Counted from the stretch's first letter, positions 30,922 through 42,326 are shown. The stretch is 64,000 nucleotides of DNA from Anaerohalosphaeraceae bacterium (GCA_963675525.2 CAXXSL010000016.1:320001-384000); one strand, 5' to 3'. Notes: generated by a model from the letters alone, not told the origin. Numbers and translations are program-made.

Positions 30922-31302
30922 ATGATGGCAGAGGAAGAAAAAAAAATCATTATCGACGAAGACTGGAAAATCCAGGCCCAAAAGGAAAAGGAAAAACTGA
31001 AAGAGCAGGAGTCCGCCGAAAAACCGCCTTCACAAGAAGAACAGAAAGCCGGTTTACCGGCGGCGGACTTTTCGGGGCTGGTGAGCATTCTGGCCACTCA
31101 GGCGTTTTATGCACTGGGCGTTTTCCGAATGGATGAGAAGGACCAGCGGGAGCCGGATTTCCAGATGGCAAAATTCAACATCGATCTGCTCGGGGTGCTC
31201 GAAGAAAAAAGCAAAGGTAACCTCGCCGAAGACGAGGCGAAGATGCTCAAAAGCACCCTGGATCAGCTCCGCATGGCCTTCGTTCAGCTTTCAAAGAAAT
31301 AG
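30922..31302 (+). CDS. DUF1844 domain protein
   Basis: IDEDWK, LPAADF, AKFNIDLLGVLEEKSKGNL...L..LRMAFV. Confidence 0.85.
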   Translation: MMAEEEKKIIIDEDWKIQAQKEKEKLKEQESAEKPPSQEEQKAGLPAADFSGLVSILATQAFYALGVFRMDEKDQREPDFQMAKFNIDLLGVLEEKSKGNLAEDEAKMLKSTLDQLRMAFVQLSKK

Positions 31303-31309
31303 GACGATC

Positions 31310-32143
31310 GTGGCAAACATACTGGATAAGATCATTGCCGACAAGCGTGTTGAGGTCGAACGGCGAAAAGAACAGCAGCCGCTCGAATTGCTCAAAGACA
31401 AGGCCGCCCGGCTGAAGAAATGCCGCAATTTTTATAGGGCGGTCACCAAGAAAAATCTGCGCGGGCTGAATGTCATCGCCGAGGTCAAGAAGGCCTCGCC
31501 ATCCGCGGGATTGATCCGGCCGGATTTCGACCCGGTTCAGATCGCACAGACGTATGAACGATGCGGCGCGGACGCGATCAGCGTATTGACGGATGAAAAA
31601 TATTTTCAGGGCAAGCTGGATTACCTAACCGCGGTTAAAGAGGCGGTGAAGATACCCGTTTTGCGAAAAGATTTTATCATCGATCCTCATCAGGTTTACG
31701 AAGCGCGCGTCGCCGGCGCCGATGCGATTTTGCTGATCGCAGAAGCTCTTGTCCCGGCAGATCTGATGGACCTGCTGATCCTGGCCAATGAGCTGACACT
31801 GACGGTATTGATCGAGGTATACAGCGCTGATTCGCTTTTGCAGGTTCGCAGCCTGATCGGTTTCCCGCAGAAACATTACAGTGTGTTGGGAATCAACAAT
31901 CGCGACCTGACCACAATGCAGGTGGATATTAACAATACGACACGCCTGTCGGAATTGGTCGATGATAAACATGAACTGATCGCTGAAAGCGGCATCAAGA
32001 CGCGCGCGGACGTCGAGAAACTGATCCGCCTCGGCGTCGGCGGTGTGCTGATCGGTCAGACATTGTGTGAAAGTCCGCGCATCGAGGATAAGTTTAACGA
32101 ACTGTTTAACCCAGACGCTGGATCCCCGCCTTCGCGGGGATGA
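31310..32143 (+). CDS. trpC: Indole-3-glycerol phosphate synthase
   Basis: IAEVKKASPSAG, ISVLTDEKYF, LRKDFI, GINNRDL, AESGI; GTG start at 31310. Confidence 0.95.
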   Translation: MANILDKIIADKRVEVERRKEQQPLELLKDKAARLKKCRNFYRAVTKKNLRGLNVIAEVKKASPSAGLIRPDFDPVQIAQTYERCGADAISVLTDEKYFQGKLDYLTAVKEAVKIPVLRKDFIIDPHQVYEARVAGADAILLIAEALVPADLMDLLILANELTLTVLIEVYSADSLLQVRSLIGFPQKHYSVLGINNRDLTTMQVDINNTTRLSELVDDKHELIAESGIKTRADVEKLIRLGVGGVLIGQTLCESPRIEDKFNELFNPDAGSPPSRG

Positions 32144-32145
32144 CA
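32118..32145. repeat. GTCA-type REP overlapping the trpC 3' end and supplying its stop codon
   Basis: CTGGATCCCCGCCTTCGCGGGGATGACA. Confidence 0.7.
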
Positions 32146-32167
32146 TGCTCATCATGCGGAGTCCATC

Positions 32168-32974
32168 GTGGATTATGTTATTCTGTTCATTATCGGTTTG
32201 TGCATGGGACTTTTGGGTGGGATGCTGGGGATCGGCGGTTCGGTGTTTATGATCCCGGCATTGACTTTTGTCGGCGGTGAAAATCAACATCTCTACCAAG
32301 CCGCAGCGATGATTTGCAATTTCTTCGTTTCTGCTTCCGCTTTAATCGCTCACCGAAAAGCCAAAGTGCTCATTAAAGACGTCCTCAAATGGCTGATTCC
32401 ATCGGCGATTATCGGTATCCTCGGCGGTGTTTATCTGAGCAACTGCGCCTTCTTTGCCGGAGCCAACAGTTATCTTTTGGCAAGAGCCTTTGGTTTGTTT
32501 CTGGTCTATGTGGTGGTCTATAACTGCTATCGTTTATACCTGAACCTGCATCCGACAAAAGCACCCAAAGATGCGACAACATTCCGGGACACCTCGCCTT
32601 TCTGGGCCGGCTTGTGCGGGTTCGTTACGGGATTGGGCGCGGGACTCTTGGGAATTGGTGCCGGCAGCGTCGCCACGCCCCTGCAGCAGTTCGTACTCAA
32701 AATACCTCTGAAAAAAGCCATGGGAAACTCTGCCATGACGATCGTCTGCATCGCCTGGCTGGGAGCGATCTACAAAAACTGGACGCTCCCTCAGCACGGT
32801 CTGCACTTTTCTGATTCGTTCAGGATCGCCATATTCATCGTCCCCGGAGCTGTTCTCGGCGGCTACATCGGTGGACATCTCATGCATGCCCTGCCAAAAA
32901 ATCTCGTACGAGCGGTTTTTATTCTTGTCTGCATCCTGGCGGCGATCAAACTGCTGACGGTTGCGCCCCAGTAA
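32168..32974 (+). CDS. TSUP-family (TauE/SafE) transporter
   Basis: Duplicated GLLGGMLGIGG / GLLGIGAG motifs; about 8 TM helices. Confidence 0.88.
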   Translation: MDYVILFIIGLCMGLLGGMLGIGGSVFMIPALTFVGGENQHLYQAAAMICNFFVSASALIAHRKAKVLIKDVLKWLIPSAIIGILGGVYLSNCAFFAGANSYLLARAFGLFLVYVVVYNCYRLYLNLHPTKAPKDATTFRDTSPFWAGLCGFVTGLGAGLLGIGAGSVATPLQQFVLKIPLKKAMGNSAMTIVCIAWLGAIYKNWTLPQHGLHFSDSFRIAIFIVPGAVLGGYIGGHLMHALPKNLVRAVFILVCILAAIKLLTVAPQ

Positions 32975-33077
32975 TTTTGGTTGTACACCAAAACACAAGA
33001 GGTCGTCGGATGGGGCATCCTGTGGCTACCATAATCGGGCGACTCACGTCGCCACGCTTTTATTACCGGCGTTGCGA

Positions 33078-33587
33078 TTATTCCATCACTGAGACCGAGA
33101 GGATTTCGACGGGTTCGGCGGGGACGTCGTCGTAGTGTCCCTTGCGGGTGGTTTTGACGGCGGCGATGGCATCGACCACATCCATACCTTCTGTGACTTT
33201 TCCGAAAACGGCATAGCCGATCTTGTCCGGCGACGGACCGGTGTAATTGAGAAAATCGTTGTCTTTGTGATTGATGAAGAACTGGCTGGTGGCACTGTCC
33301 GGGTCGCCGGTGCGGGCCATGGCCAGCGTACCGCGGTCGTTCTTGAGCCCGTTGGAGGCTTCATTGATGATCGGGTCGTTGTTGGGTTTGGGGTTTAAGT
33401 CCTTGTCCATGCCGCCGCCCTGAACCATAAACCCGGGAATCACACGGTGAAAGACGGTTCCTGCATAAAAACTGTTATCGACATATTCGAGAAAATTTTT
33501 GACCGTAACCGGCGCCGCATCGGCATCCAGTTCAATCTCCATATCCCCCATCGACGTTTTCATTTCGACTTTTAGATTGGCCATCAT
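33078..33587 (-). CDS. Cyclophilin-type peptidyl-prolyl isomerase (cytoplasmic)
   Basis: [27 protein letters not shown]...[17 protein letters not shown]. Confidence 0.93.
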   Translation of the reverse strand: MMANLKVEMKTSMGDMEIELDADAAPVTVKNFLEYVDNSFYAGTVFHRVIPGFMVQGGGMDKDLNPKPNNDPIINEASNGLKNDRGTLAMARTGDPDSATSQFFINHKDNDFLNYTGPSPDKIGYAVFGKVTEGMDVVDAIAAVKTTRKGHYDDVPAEPVEILSVSVME

Positions 33588-33648
33588 ATCTCCATTGCTT
33601 AGGTAATTATTAACACAGACATACAAAGATATTAAAACGCATAATCTG

Positions 33649-34386
33649 CTATTGATCTTTCCCGGACTCAGGCTTGGACTCCGGTTTCGGCTCGGATTCA
33701 GGCTCGGGCTTTTTGTCCTTAACGAGCGTTACCGATTCTATCACGACCGTTTCAGCCGGCACGTTTTGTGTTGGAATATTCATTCCCAGTTCTTCATCGT
33801 AATACTGAGCATTTTTTGTTTTAACCTGAGCGATCTTGTCGACCACCTCCATCCCTTTGATCACTTTACCAAAGACCGCATAACCCGGCTTATAGGGACC
33901 GTCAAAATCTAATCCACGGTTATCTTTATGATTGATGAAAAATTGATTGGTTGCACTATCGGGCGGATTCTTTCGGGCCATTGCAATGGTGCCGCGTTGG
34001 TTACGCAGTTTATTGTATGATTCGTTTTTGATGGGAGCTTTGGATTTCTTAAGCTTCATATCCGGCGTGATACCTCCCCCCTGAATCATAAAGCCCGGGA
34101 TCACCCGGTGAAAAATCTTCCCGTTATAAAAGCCGGAATTCACATAATCCAAAAAATTCGCCACGGTAATCGGTGCCATGTCGGCGAATAGTTCAATGTC
34201 AATCTGGCCCTTGTTCGTAACGATCTTGACAACCGGATTTTTTACCGTCTCTTCTTTGGCTTTGGGCTCTTTTTTCGCTTGTGCCGGCTTTTCGGTTTCA
34301 TTCTTTTTTGGCTGTTCGTCAGTACTTGCATAACAGGCCACTGAGAATAGACCTAACACCATCCACAGTAAAACTAACCTTTTCAT
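33649..34386 (-). CDS. Cyclophilin-type peptidyl-prolyl isomerase with signal peptide
   Basis: Signal peptide; [27 protein letters not shown] repeats at the C-terminus. Confidence 0.92.
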   Translation of the reverse strand: MKRLVLLWMVLGLFSVACYASTDEQPKKNETEKPAQAKKEPKAKEETVKNPVVKIVTNKGQIDIELFADMAPITVANFLDYVNSGFYNGKIFHRVIPGFMIQGGGITPDMKLKKSKAPIKNESYNKLRNQRGTIAMARKNPPDSATNQFFINHKDNRGLDFDGPYKPGYAVFGKVIKGMEVVDKIAQVKTKNAQYYDEELGMNIPTQNVPAETVVIESVTLVKDKKPEPESEPKPESKPESGKDQ

Positions 34387-34472
34387 ATCAACTCCCATAC
34401 ATTAATTGTGTGTTTCATTTCTCTTTCAAAAATCGGGGAATATTGTACATGGAAATTTCGGGAATGTCAAAA

Positions 34473-35210
34473 TCACTTCGGGCCGGTTTTTTGTGTTTTC
34501 CGGGAAACCCTGAAAACCAGCCAGGAAATCAGGATCGCTGAAGAAACGCCGAACATCGCCGTAGCAAGATCGACCCACCAGACATCCCGGTCAAATATCG
34601 GGGATGTCCCTTTGATCAGCAACAGCAGTGCTGCCGGCACAGCCAACGAAGACCATAACCACTTCGCCTTGCCGGTTTTGAGATTCGTATGCTGGTCCAT
34701 GTGCTGGATCCAGATCAGGGCAAAGGCAGTGTACGCCGTAAAGTGAAAGACCGTATTCAGGTAATATTCCGGCCGCAGCATCAGCAGATTGGACATATTT
34801 GAAACCACAAACACAAACACCGCCGAGGCCGTCAGCAAGGCCGTCCAGAAACTCATCAGCGACAGCACCCCCAACGCCAGCACCATGCCGAAAAAGTCCG
34901 CCACAAAATCCATCACATCGGCCGAACGCCCCACACGTCCCTGCAGGTATTCATCCATTGCCCCGTACCAAATGACCACCGCCAGCAGGCCCCAGACCTT
35001 TTTTTGATTCCATTTGACCTTATGGTAGGGACTGACGGCAAACCAGATCAGAAATGTAAGGACAAAATAGGCCATTACGTGCATGGTCTTGTCGCTCATG
35101 CCGCTTTGCCACGCAATATCCGGCACCGGAATGTGCGTCAGCCAGAAAATCACCGGCCAGTATATTCCCAATGCGATCAAAACTGATTTGTGTCGTCTTA
35201 GAAACTGCAT
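34473..35210 (-). CDS. VanZ-family membrane protein
   Basis: DKTMH..AY, YGAMDEYLQ..VGRS....DF.AD..G. Confidence 0.85.
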   Translation of the reverse strand: MQFLRRHKSVLIALGIYWPVIFWLTHIPVPDIAWQSGMSDKTMHVMAYFVLTFLIWFAVSPYHKVKWNQKKVWGLLAVVIWYGAMDEYLQGRVGRSADVMDFVADFFGMVLALGVLSLMSFWTALLTASAVFVFVVSNMSNLLMLRPEYYLNTVFHFTAYTAFALIWIQHMDQHTNLKTGKAKWLWSSLAVPAALLLLIKGTSPIFDRDVWWVDLATAMFGVSSAILISWLVFRVSRKTQKTGPK

Positions 35211-35258
35211 AAGGTGCCTACTTTATCGACACAAAACACGGCAGGCAAGATGCAAATT

Positions 35259-36290
35259 CTAAAAATTCTGTTCCGGCGGCTGCGGCGGCAGGTCGACGTC
35301 TTCCGTTATCAAACCGGCAGGCGGATCTGACATGCCCGGCACCACGACAGGACTTGCCTGAGCAAACACATCAAACTCCGACCCAAACTGCGCCAAAAAC
35401 AACGCCGAATACGCCCGCCGCCACACGAGAAGCGGAAGCATCGCAACCGTTCCGATATACGGAATAAAAAATATGATCCCTACACAACACAGACAACACG
35501 CCCCCAGCACAACGGTAAGAGCGATCACTGCAATTGCAATATTGACAACAACCAAAAACAACAGAAACAAAAAAAACTTTCCTATGTTTAATTTGCATAG
35601 TGCCCAAAAACGCTGCCAACCCTCTTTGATCCCGCAATTGTGTATATACATGATGGGCACAACAAAATCATTGATCAATACCCCAATAGCACCAAAGAGA
35701 ATCGCTAAAACAAAAAGAATTATCCCCAAAAAGATCACGCCCATAATTGATGGAATCGCTACCTGGGAATGACCATGAAGGCCTGCCAACAAAAAGATGA
35801 TTGCCACAACAGGAATCATAATGCAGATCAGACTGACAAGCCCAAGAATAATCTTAAATATAAAGAGGCTGTTGGCAGACTGGGCACACTCTTTCCACGG
35901 ATTGACAACTTCAGCGACATTTCGCGCAACGCAATGCAGAAACATAAACTGACCACGGCTTTTCAGCCATGCAAAGAGAATGGAAAGCATCAGAATGAAT
36001 ATAATGACCGCCGCCGCTACAGCGATAATCACCGGGAGATGTTGTATTACCGTCTCTTTGAGATGAGACATCTCCTGTCCAAAATCCTGCGACTGCCCAC
36101 CCTGGCCGCCTCCAAAGTTGCCGTTTGGTCCAGTACCCCCACCATCGCCCAAGGTCGCTAAGAAAGCACAAAAACCGATGGTAAACCATTTTCCGATATC
36201 AAACGGCCTAAAGAGAATCTCCTTTGTTTTTTCAATAGCGGCTCCGACCGGCTCGACTACACTAATTTGACGTGGTTGATATTGTTCCAT
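35259..36290 (-). CDS. Conserved multi-pass membrane protein
   Basis: 343 aa, many TM helices, Cys cluster CCLCC. Confidence 0.7.
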   Translation of the reverse strand: MEQYQPRQISVVEPVGAAIEKTKEILFRPFDIGKWFTIGFCAFLATLGDGGGTGPNGNFGGGQGGQSQDFGQEMSHLKETVIQHLPVIIAVAAAVIIFILMLSILFAWLKSRGQFMFLHCVARNVAEVVNPWKECAQSANSLFIFKIILGLVSLICIMIPVVAIIFLLAGLHGHSQVAIPSIMGVIFLGIILFVLAILFGAIGVLINDFVVPIMYIHNCGIKEGWQRFWALCKLNIGKFFLFLLFLVVVNIAIAVIALTVVLGACCLCCVGIIFFIPYIGTVAMLPLLVWRRAYSALFLAQFGSEFDVFAQASPVVVPGMSDPPAGLITEDVDLPPQPPEQNF

Positions 36291-36309
36291 TTTTTATCTC
36301 CCTTTTTGT

Positions 36310-36351
36310 GGGTCAACCATCGCTTTCGCTCCGCGAGAAGCGATGCCACCC
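36310..36351. repeat. REP-like hairpin
   Basis: GGGT...CATCGCTTTCGC-TCC-GCGAGAAGCGATG...ACCC. Confidence 0.5.
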
Positions 36352-36381
36352 GGTTCCTACAGAACAAAAATTTTTCCAATG

Positions 36382-37149
36382 TTATACAGGACGCACGGGG
36401 ACACCATGGTGTTGCAGAAAATCTTTTGTTTCTTTGATGGAATAGGTGCCGTAGTGGAAAATTGACGCGGCCAGGACCGCATCAGCTTTGCCTTTATCGA
36501 GGACTTCGGTGAGGGAATCGAGGGTTCCGGCCCCGCCGGAGGCGATGACAGGGATATTGACCGCCTCGGCCACCGCCCGGGTCAGTTCGATATCGTAGCC
36601 GGCCTGTGTGCCGTCGGCATCCATGCTGGTCAGCAGGATCTCGCCGGCACCGAGTTTTTCGGCCTTTATGGCCCATTCGATCGCATCAATATCCGTCGGT
36701 TCCGAACCGGCCTTGACCGTAACATGCCATTTCCCGGTTTTGCCGGGTGTTCGGCGGGCGTCAATGGCCAACACCACACATTGGGCACCAAAGCGTTCGG
36801 CTGATTCGGCCAATAAATCCGGATTATTCACGGCGGCGGTATTAATCGAGCATTTATCCGCCCCGCTGCGCAAAAGAAGGCCGATTTCATCTGCTTTTGA
36901 TATCCCCCCGCCGACGGTAAATGGAATAAACACATTGGCCGCCACTTTCTCCACAAGCTCAACAATCGTCTTTTTCGAACGGATGGTTGCGGTAATATCC
37001 AGAAAGACCAGTTCATCGGCGCCTTGGTCGCTGTATTTTTTTCCCAGTTCGACGGGATCGCCCGCATCGCGCAGATTCAGGAAGTTGATCCCCTTGACGA
37101 CGCGGTTATCTTTGACATCCAGACAGGGAATGATTCGTTTGGTCAGCAT
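36382..37149 (-). CDS. hisF: Imidazole glycerol phosphate synthase, cyclase subunit
   Basis: [41 protein letters not shown]. Confidence 0.97.
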   Translation of the reverse strand: MLTKRIIPCLDVKDNRVVKGINFLNLRDAGDPVELGKKYSDQGADELVFLDITATIRSKKTIVELVEKVAANVFIPFTVGGGISKADEIGLLLRSGADKCSINTAAVNNPDLLAESAERFGAQCVVLAIDARRTPGKTGKWHVTVKAGSEPTDIDAIEWAIKAEKLGAGEILLTSMDADGTQAGYDIELTRAVAEAVNIPVIASGGAGTLDSLTEVLDKGKADAVLAASIFHYGTYSIKETKDFLQHHGVPVRPV

Positions 37150-37766
37150 CCGCTACTTTCCTCGTCACAAATTTTGACAAAATTTTTCAATACCTGCAAG
37201 CCATCGGCAGCGCTTTTTTCGGGGTGGAACTGGCAGCCGTAGATGTTGCCCTTTTCAACGGCGGCGGTAACCTGCACACCATATTCGGTTACCGCGACCT
37301 TCGTTTGTGCATCATCCACTTGCGCATAAAAGGAATTGGCGAACGCAAAGTGTTTTCCTTCGCCAAGTGAACCAAACAGCCGCATGTTGTCGGCGAATTT
37401 GACATAATTCCAGCCCATGTGGGGAATGGTAAGCCCTAAGTCCGTTGGAATGGGAACGACTTTCCCTTTGATCAACCCCAGACATTTGTGCGTGCCCATT
37501 TCGTAGCTTTCATCGAACAGCAGTTGAAAGCCGACACAAATCCCCAACAGCGGCGTGCCCGCGGCGGCCTGGCTCTTGATACAATCGGCAATGGGAGCGA
37601 CCTTCTGCATGGCATAGCCGCTGGCACCGACGCCGGGCAGGATCAGCCCATCTGCCTTTTCAATGACCGACGGTTCGCAGCTAACCGTAATATCCGAGCC
37701 GATATAGCGAAACGCGTTCGTGACGCTTCGTACGTTCCCAACACCATAATCAATAATTACAAGCAT
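37143..37766 (-). CDS. hisH: Imidazole glycerol phosphate synthase, glutamine amidotransferase subunit
   Basis: IDYGVGN, LPGVG, GICVG, PHMGWN, QFHPEKS. Confidence 0.96.
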   Translation of the reverse strand: MLVIIDYGVGNVRSVTNAFRYIGSDITVSCEPSVIEKADGLILPGVGASGYAMQKVAPIADCIKSQAAAGTPLLGICVGFQLLFDESYEMGTHKCLGLIKGKVVPIPTDLGLTIPHMGWNYVKFADNMRLFGSLGEGKHFAFANSFYAQVDDAQTKVAVTEYGVQVTAAVEKGNIYGCQFHPEKSAADGLQVLKNFVKICDEESSGC

Positions 37767-37800
37767 AATTTTTCAAATAATATTTAACGTCACTCAACGT

Positions 37801-37868
37801 GTCACCCCGGACTTGATCCGGGGTCCAGTGCGATACTCGCTGGATGCCGGGTCAAGCCCGGCATGACA
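37801..37868. repeat. Inverted REP doublet (REPIN-like)
   Basis: GTCACCCCGGACTTGATCCGGGGTCCAG...CTGGATGCCGGGTCAAGCCCGGCATGAC. Confidence 0.8.
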
Positions 37869-38126
37869 ATCAAAAACCGCGATTCAATCACGCAGGAATT
37901 ATAGCGAATTGGGGACTCATTCTCAAGGCCGATTCATCAAAATGGGCAAAGATTACAGAAATGTAGACACTCCGGCTACAGACGCTCATTAAACAAAATA
38001 CTATTATTTGCCAGATGAAACTGAAGCGATTCTACCTAAATATCAAGAAAAGCAGTTGTCCGGGCGACAGGGGTTCATTACAATGAAATTAAAATTAAAA
38101 ACGCAGTGAACAGGAGAACATTGAAT

Positions 38127-40190
38127 ATGGTGTTTAATATTAGACGGACATCGATTGTCTTAATGGTTACGGGCCTGATTCTTTTTTCGGCCACTGCGCA
38201 TGGTCGGCAATGCGATAACGGTAACGGCACGTTTACGAATCCGCTGTTCTATGACGAGTTTTCAGACCCGGATATGATCCGGGTCGGCGAGGACTACTAT
38301 CTGACGGGCACGACGATGCACACGATGCCGGGGCTGCCTATCCTGCATTCCAAAGATCTGGTGAATTGGGAGTTTCTGTGTTATGCGTTTGACCGGCTGG
38401 ACCTGGGGCCGGCATATCGGCTGGAAGGCGGACGTGAGGTGTATGGGCAAGGCATCTGGGCGCCGTGCTTTCGCTATCATGACGGGACCTACTACATTTT
38501 TACCAACGTCAACGGACAAACAACGCAGCTATTCCGTGCTCAAAACCCGGCGGGGCCATGGACACGCACCGCGATGAAGCGTTCGTTTCATGACCTGTCG
38601 GTTTTGTTTGACGATGATGGTAAGGTTTACATTCTCTGGGGGTATCAGGGAATCAATTATGCTCAGCTCGATGACGAGCTAATGGATGTCGTGCCGGGCA
38701 GCGAACGGGTCATCATTGAACGAGGCGCCGGCATGGGTGAAGGCGTTCATTTTTACAAAATCAACGGCCACTATATTATCACCAGTGCGTGGTTTGCCGG
38801 GCGTATGCGGATGCCGTGTGCACGGAGTGATAAACCGGAAGGCCCCTATGAAGTCAATCTCGCAATCAGCATGGACGAAGATTTTGGACTGGCCGAAGGC
38901 TATCGATTGCGAGGCCGTGCGGAACCGCCGTTTAATGTCGTTCCTGCGAACACGCTCGACGGTGGACGAATGTCGATGCACCAAGGCGGCTTGGTTGATA
39001 CGAAAACCGGTCAATGGTGGGGCTTTTCGATGATGGACTTTAATTCGGTCGGCCGGCTGACGTGCCTTTCGCCGATCACCTGGAAGGACGGCTGGCCGTA
39101 TTTTGGGCTTGAGGGCAATCTCAAACGCACGCCGCGCACCTGGGTCAAGCCGGATACCGGCCATGTATCTGAACCCCGCGTGCCCTATGAACGCAGCGAT
39201 GACTTCTCCGGATCAAAACTTAAACCCATCTGGCAGTGGAATCATGTGCCGGACGACAGTAAATGGTCGCTGTGTGAGCGTCCCGGTTTCCTGCGTCTGC
39301 ATTCGCTGCCATCGAAGGATTTGTGGTGGGCGCGCAATACGCTGACGCAGCGTTCCATCGGACCGATGTCAACACCGACGACAGTATTGGATGTCAGCGG
39401 GATGCAACCCGGCGACACCGCGGGGCTGGCGCTGATGAATATACCGTATGCGTGGATTGGCATTCGCCGAGATGTCAATAGTTTCAACATCGTTCAGTTC
39501 GACCAATTCGCTGACAAGACTGCGGGCATTCCGTTTGAAGGCACACGTGTATGGCTGCGGGCCGATTGCGACTTCCTGACTGAAAAAGCCCGTTTCAGTT
39601 ACAGTACTGACGGAAAAAAGTTCGAAGCGTTCGGCGGCGAATTTACGATGGTTTTTCAACTCAAAACCTTCCAGGGCATTCGGTATTCGCTGTTTCACTA
39701 TAATACTGAAGGCACTGGCGGCGGCTATGCAGACTTTGACGAAATCACCATCGATGAGCCGTATCCTCAAGGGTTGATGAAGCCGATCCCGTTCGGTCAG
39801 ACGATTACACTGACGACGTATGGAACAGATTCAGCACTGATCGTCAAAAACGGCACGTTATCCGCTGCCGCAGCAACGGATGAATCAGCCAAAAGTGCCG
39901 CAACTCAGTTTAAAGTTATTGATCGCGGTCTTGGACGGGTCGCTCTTCAGTCCGGCGATAAATTTATTTCCGTAATAGCACCAGACAAAGTAACATTGAA
40001 AAAAAGCCCACCAACCGATGCAGAAACCTTTCAATGGACAGAGAATGTTTATGGAGATGTAATGCTGCTTTCGCTCGTCACACATCGGCATATTCGGATC
40101 GACCCGGAAAGCGGCGCGATCAGCGCTAATCATCCCGGCCCAAAACCTGACCGAAAAGACGGCTCATGTCTGAGATGGCGGAAAAAGTAA
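38127..40190 (+). CDS. GH43 glycoside hydrolase (beta-xylosidase-like) with C-terminal accessory domain
   Basis: Signal peptide; NP...DPDMIRVG, HSKDLVNW, WAP, EG.H.YK, QGG, WQWNH. Confidence 0.9.
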   Translation: MVFNIRRTSIVLMVTGLILFSATAHGRQCDNGNGTFTNPLFYDEFSDPDMIRVGEDYYLTGTTMHTMPGLPILHSKDLVNWEFLCYAFDRLDLGPAYRLEGGREVYGQGIWAPCFRYHDGTYYIFTNVNGQTTQLFRAQNPAGPWTRTAMKRSFHDLSVLFDDDGKVYILWGYQGINYAQLDDELMDVVPGSERVIIERGAGMGEGVHFYKINGHYIITSAWFAGRMRMPCARSDKPEGPYEVNLAISMDEDFGLAEGYRLRGRAEPPFNVVPANTLDGGRMSMHQGGLVDTKTGQWWGFSMMDFNSVGRLTCLSPITWKDGWPYFGLEGNLKRTPRTWVKPDTGHVSEPRVPYERSDDFSGSKLKPIWQWNHVPDDSKWSLCERPGFLRLHSLPSKDLWWARNTLTQRSIGPMSTPTTVLDVSGMQPGDTAGLALMNIPYAWIGIRRDVNSFNIVQFDQFADKTAGIPFEGTRVWLRADCDFLTEKARFSYSTDGKKFEAFGGEFTMVFQLKTFQGIRYSLFHYNTEGTGGGYADFDEITIDEPYPQGLMKPIPFGQTITLTTYGTDSALIVKNGTLSAAAATDESAKSAATQFKVIDRGLGRVALQSGDKFISVIAPDKVTLKKSPPTDAETFQWTENVYGDVMLLSLVTHRHIRIDPESGAISANHPGPKPDRKDGSCLRWRKK

Positions 40191-40205
40191 AAACCCGGTT
40201 TGTCT

Positions 40206-40916
40206 TTAGAGTCCCAGAAATTGGATCGCCAGGCCGGCGGCGCAAATGGTCGCTCCGGCTACGGCGTGGGTATAGCGTTCGAGCCGGCCGAATTTCGCGA
40301 ACGACACTCCCCACGTTGTCAGCAGCACAATTGTCAGCATGGTGCCGATGGTCATCGCTGAAAAAACAGCCGCGACGAGAAACGTCCCCCACACACTGCT
40401 TTCGGCGGCCGGGTACATCAATAGCGGAATCAACGGCTCGCACGGACCAAATACGAAAATGGTAAACAGAATCCACGGGGTAATGTTTGCTTTTTTCTGA
40501 TCATGCACATGCGCATGTTCCGATGTATGAGTATGCTCGTGAGCATGTTCTCCCTCGTCGCCATGTGCGTGAACATGCCGATGCGGCTTATTGCGAATGG
40601 CCCGGTGAAGGCCCCACACAAAATAGGCGAAGCCGAAGCCGATCAATAACCATGCGGCAATGGAACCGCGAAATCCTTCGAAAGCTTCCAGTTTCATCAC
40701 CTGGATACCCACAAATACGCCAATCAGCCCCAGAATAACGGAACTTCCGACATGTCCAATACCGCACAAAAACGTAATCCATGCCGTTTTCGATAATGAC
40801 CAGTGCCGTGCACGGCCCATCATGATAAAGGGCAGATAGTGATCGGGCCCCAGTGCGGTATGAAAAAAGCCCAACGAGGCGGCTGTTCCACATAAAAGCA
40901 TAATTTCTGTGCTCAT
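40206..40916 (-). CDS. Ni/Co transporter (RcnA/UreH-like) with His-rich loop
   Basis: HTALGPDH, GIGH, HRHVHAH...HAHEHTHTSEHAHVH, GPCE. Confidence 0.8.
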   Translation of the reverse strand: MSTEIMLLCGTAASLGFFHTALGPDHYLPFIMMGRARHWSLSKTAWITFLCGIGHVGSSVILGLIGVFVGIQVMKLEAFEGFRGSIAAWLLIGFGFAYFVWGLHRAIRNKPHRHVHAHGDEGEHAHEHTHTSEHAHVHDQKKANITPWILFTIFVFGPCEPLIPLLMYPAAESSVWGTFLVAAVFSAMTIGTMLTIVLLTTWGVSFAKFGRLERYTHAVAGATICAAGLAIQFLGL

Positions 40917-41060
40917 GACTTAATCCTTTTCTACATAACTATTGAAAATTCTTGCTACTGCATAAGAATACAAAACTCGTGCTACGCAGTCAAGCTTTTT
41001 TGAGACAGATTCACATTAATTTTTTGCTGCAGAGAACGGTGAGATGCCATAACAATGCGG

Positions 41061-42326
41061 CTAAAAAGCAATCCGAGTTCGCAGGCCCAAGACGACGGCG
41101 TCACTGGCCCCGTCAACACCGCCGGGATTGGTGACATACTGAATGGACGGACTGACGTCCATCCACCGGGTTACCTGTGCGCTGTAATACAATTCCGTCA
41201 GACTTTCGTAATCATTGGTATAGGTGCTGTCGGCTGAATCGCTGAATGAACCGTGGGCAAAGCCCAAGCCCAGCACATCGTCATCCCGCCCGCAGAACAG
41301 CCCCTGATACTGACATCCAAAACTGACAAAATTCGTTATGTCATTGGTCAAACTGGACGCATAGCCGTAACGGAAAAAGGCGCCGAGTCCCTGTGTGTCG
41401 TCAGGGTCACTGTTTTCTTTGGCCAGCATCTGGTCGCAACTGACGTACAGGCCGGAGTCGTCCCGATAGGTTTTCGATTCATCGGCATTGGCCTTGGGTT
41501 GCGGGTCATACCAAACGCCCAGCCGATAGGCACCCTGCAACGGCCCGTTGGCTGAATTCCATTGGGGCGTAATGCCCGTTTCGGCCATGTAGACGAAATA
41601 GTCTTCGTCGCGGAACGTTGTATTAAAACCGGTTTCGCGTTTGTCGGCCTGGGCATCGGCGGCACCGACGGACAGATACCAGTGCTCGATCGGGCTCCAG
41701 TGGATAATGGCGCCCAATCCATAATCGGGAAAGGGGATTGTTGGGTTATTGACCAATGCGGCATTGAGGAACTGACAGCATTCATCATTGGCATACATGT
41801 TTCCGTCGAAGGACACGGGACAGCCGCGGCATTCGAATCCGCCGGTCATGTCGAGTTTACCGATTCGCAATTGCAGCGTATCATCCAAAAAAGCCTGCTG
41901 GTACCACAGTTCGATGATATTAAACGACTGGCGTCCATCGGCAACGCCGTTGACACCAAACGCCGAGCCAATGGACGTGCCGTCAATATCCTGCCGGGAC
42001 CAACTTCCCCTTGCATGCATATAAATCGAACCACCCTCAATGTCGGCCAGTTTTTGCAGATCCATATTCATTTCCAAATCGTACCGGCCGGACCAACGCC
42101 CCTGCCGGCGGTGGGTACTCGTTCCGCCTCTTGCGTTGATTTGGTAAATATTCGTCAAACCAAAAGAAAAATCGATGCCCAATGGCTCTAAGGCTTCATT
42201 CAAACCGCCAAAACCGGCCGTTAAGGTATCACGCTGCTGCATGTGTTCGGCTTGCTCTGCCGCTGAAACACCGACAAACCCCAAAACCATGACCCCAAAC
42301 ACCAAAAATGATTTTACGTCTTTCAT
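41061..42326 (-). CDS. OprB-family (carbohydrate-selective-type) porin
   Basis: Signal peptide; ELWYQQ, LRIGK.D, F.N..L..N, E.YY..Q...W...P.IQY...PGG; C-terminal F. Confidence 0.85.
   Translation of the reverse strand: MKDVKSFLVFGVMVLGFVGVSAAEQAEHMQQRDTLTAGFGGLNEALEPLGIDFSFGLTNIYQINARGGTSTHRRQGRWSGRYDLEMNMDLQKLADIEGGSIYMHARGSWSRQDIDGTSIGSAFGVNGVADGRQSFNIIELWYQQAFLDDTLQLRIGKLDMTGGFECRGCPVSFDGNMYANDECCQFLNAALVNNPTIPFPDYGLGAIIHWSPIEHWYLSVGAADAQADKRETGFNTTFRDEDYFVYMAETGITPQWNSANGPLQGAYRLGVWYDPQPKANADESKTYRDDSGLYVSCDQMLAKENSDPDDTQGLGAFFRYGYASSLTNDITNFVSFGCQYQGLFCGRDDDVLGLGFAHGSFSDSADSTYTNDYESLTELYYSAQVTRWMDVSPSIQYVTNPGGVDGASDAVVLGLRTRIAF

Noticed and set aside
33078..34386. Tandem cyclophilins as a novel system
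   Set aside because: A cytoplasmic plus exported PPIase pair is common.
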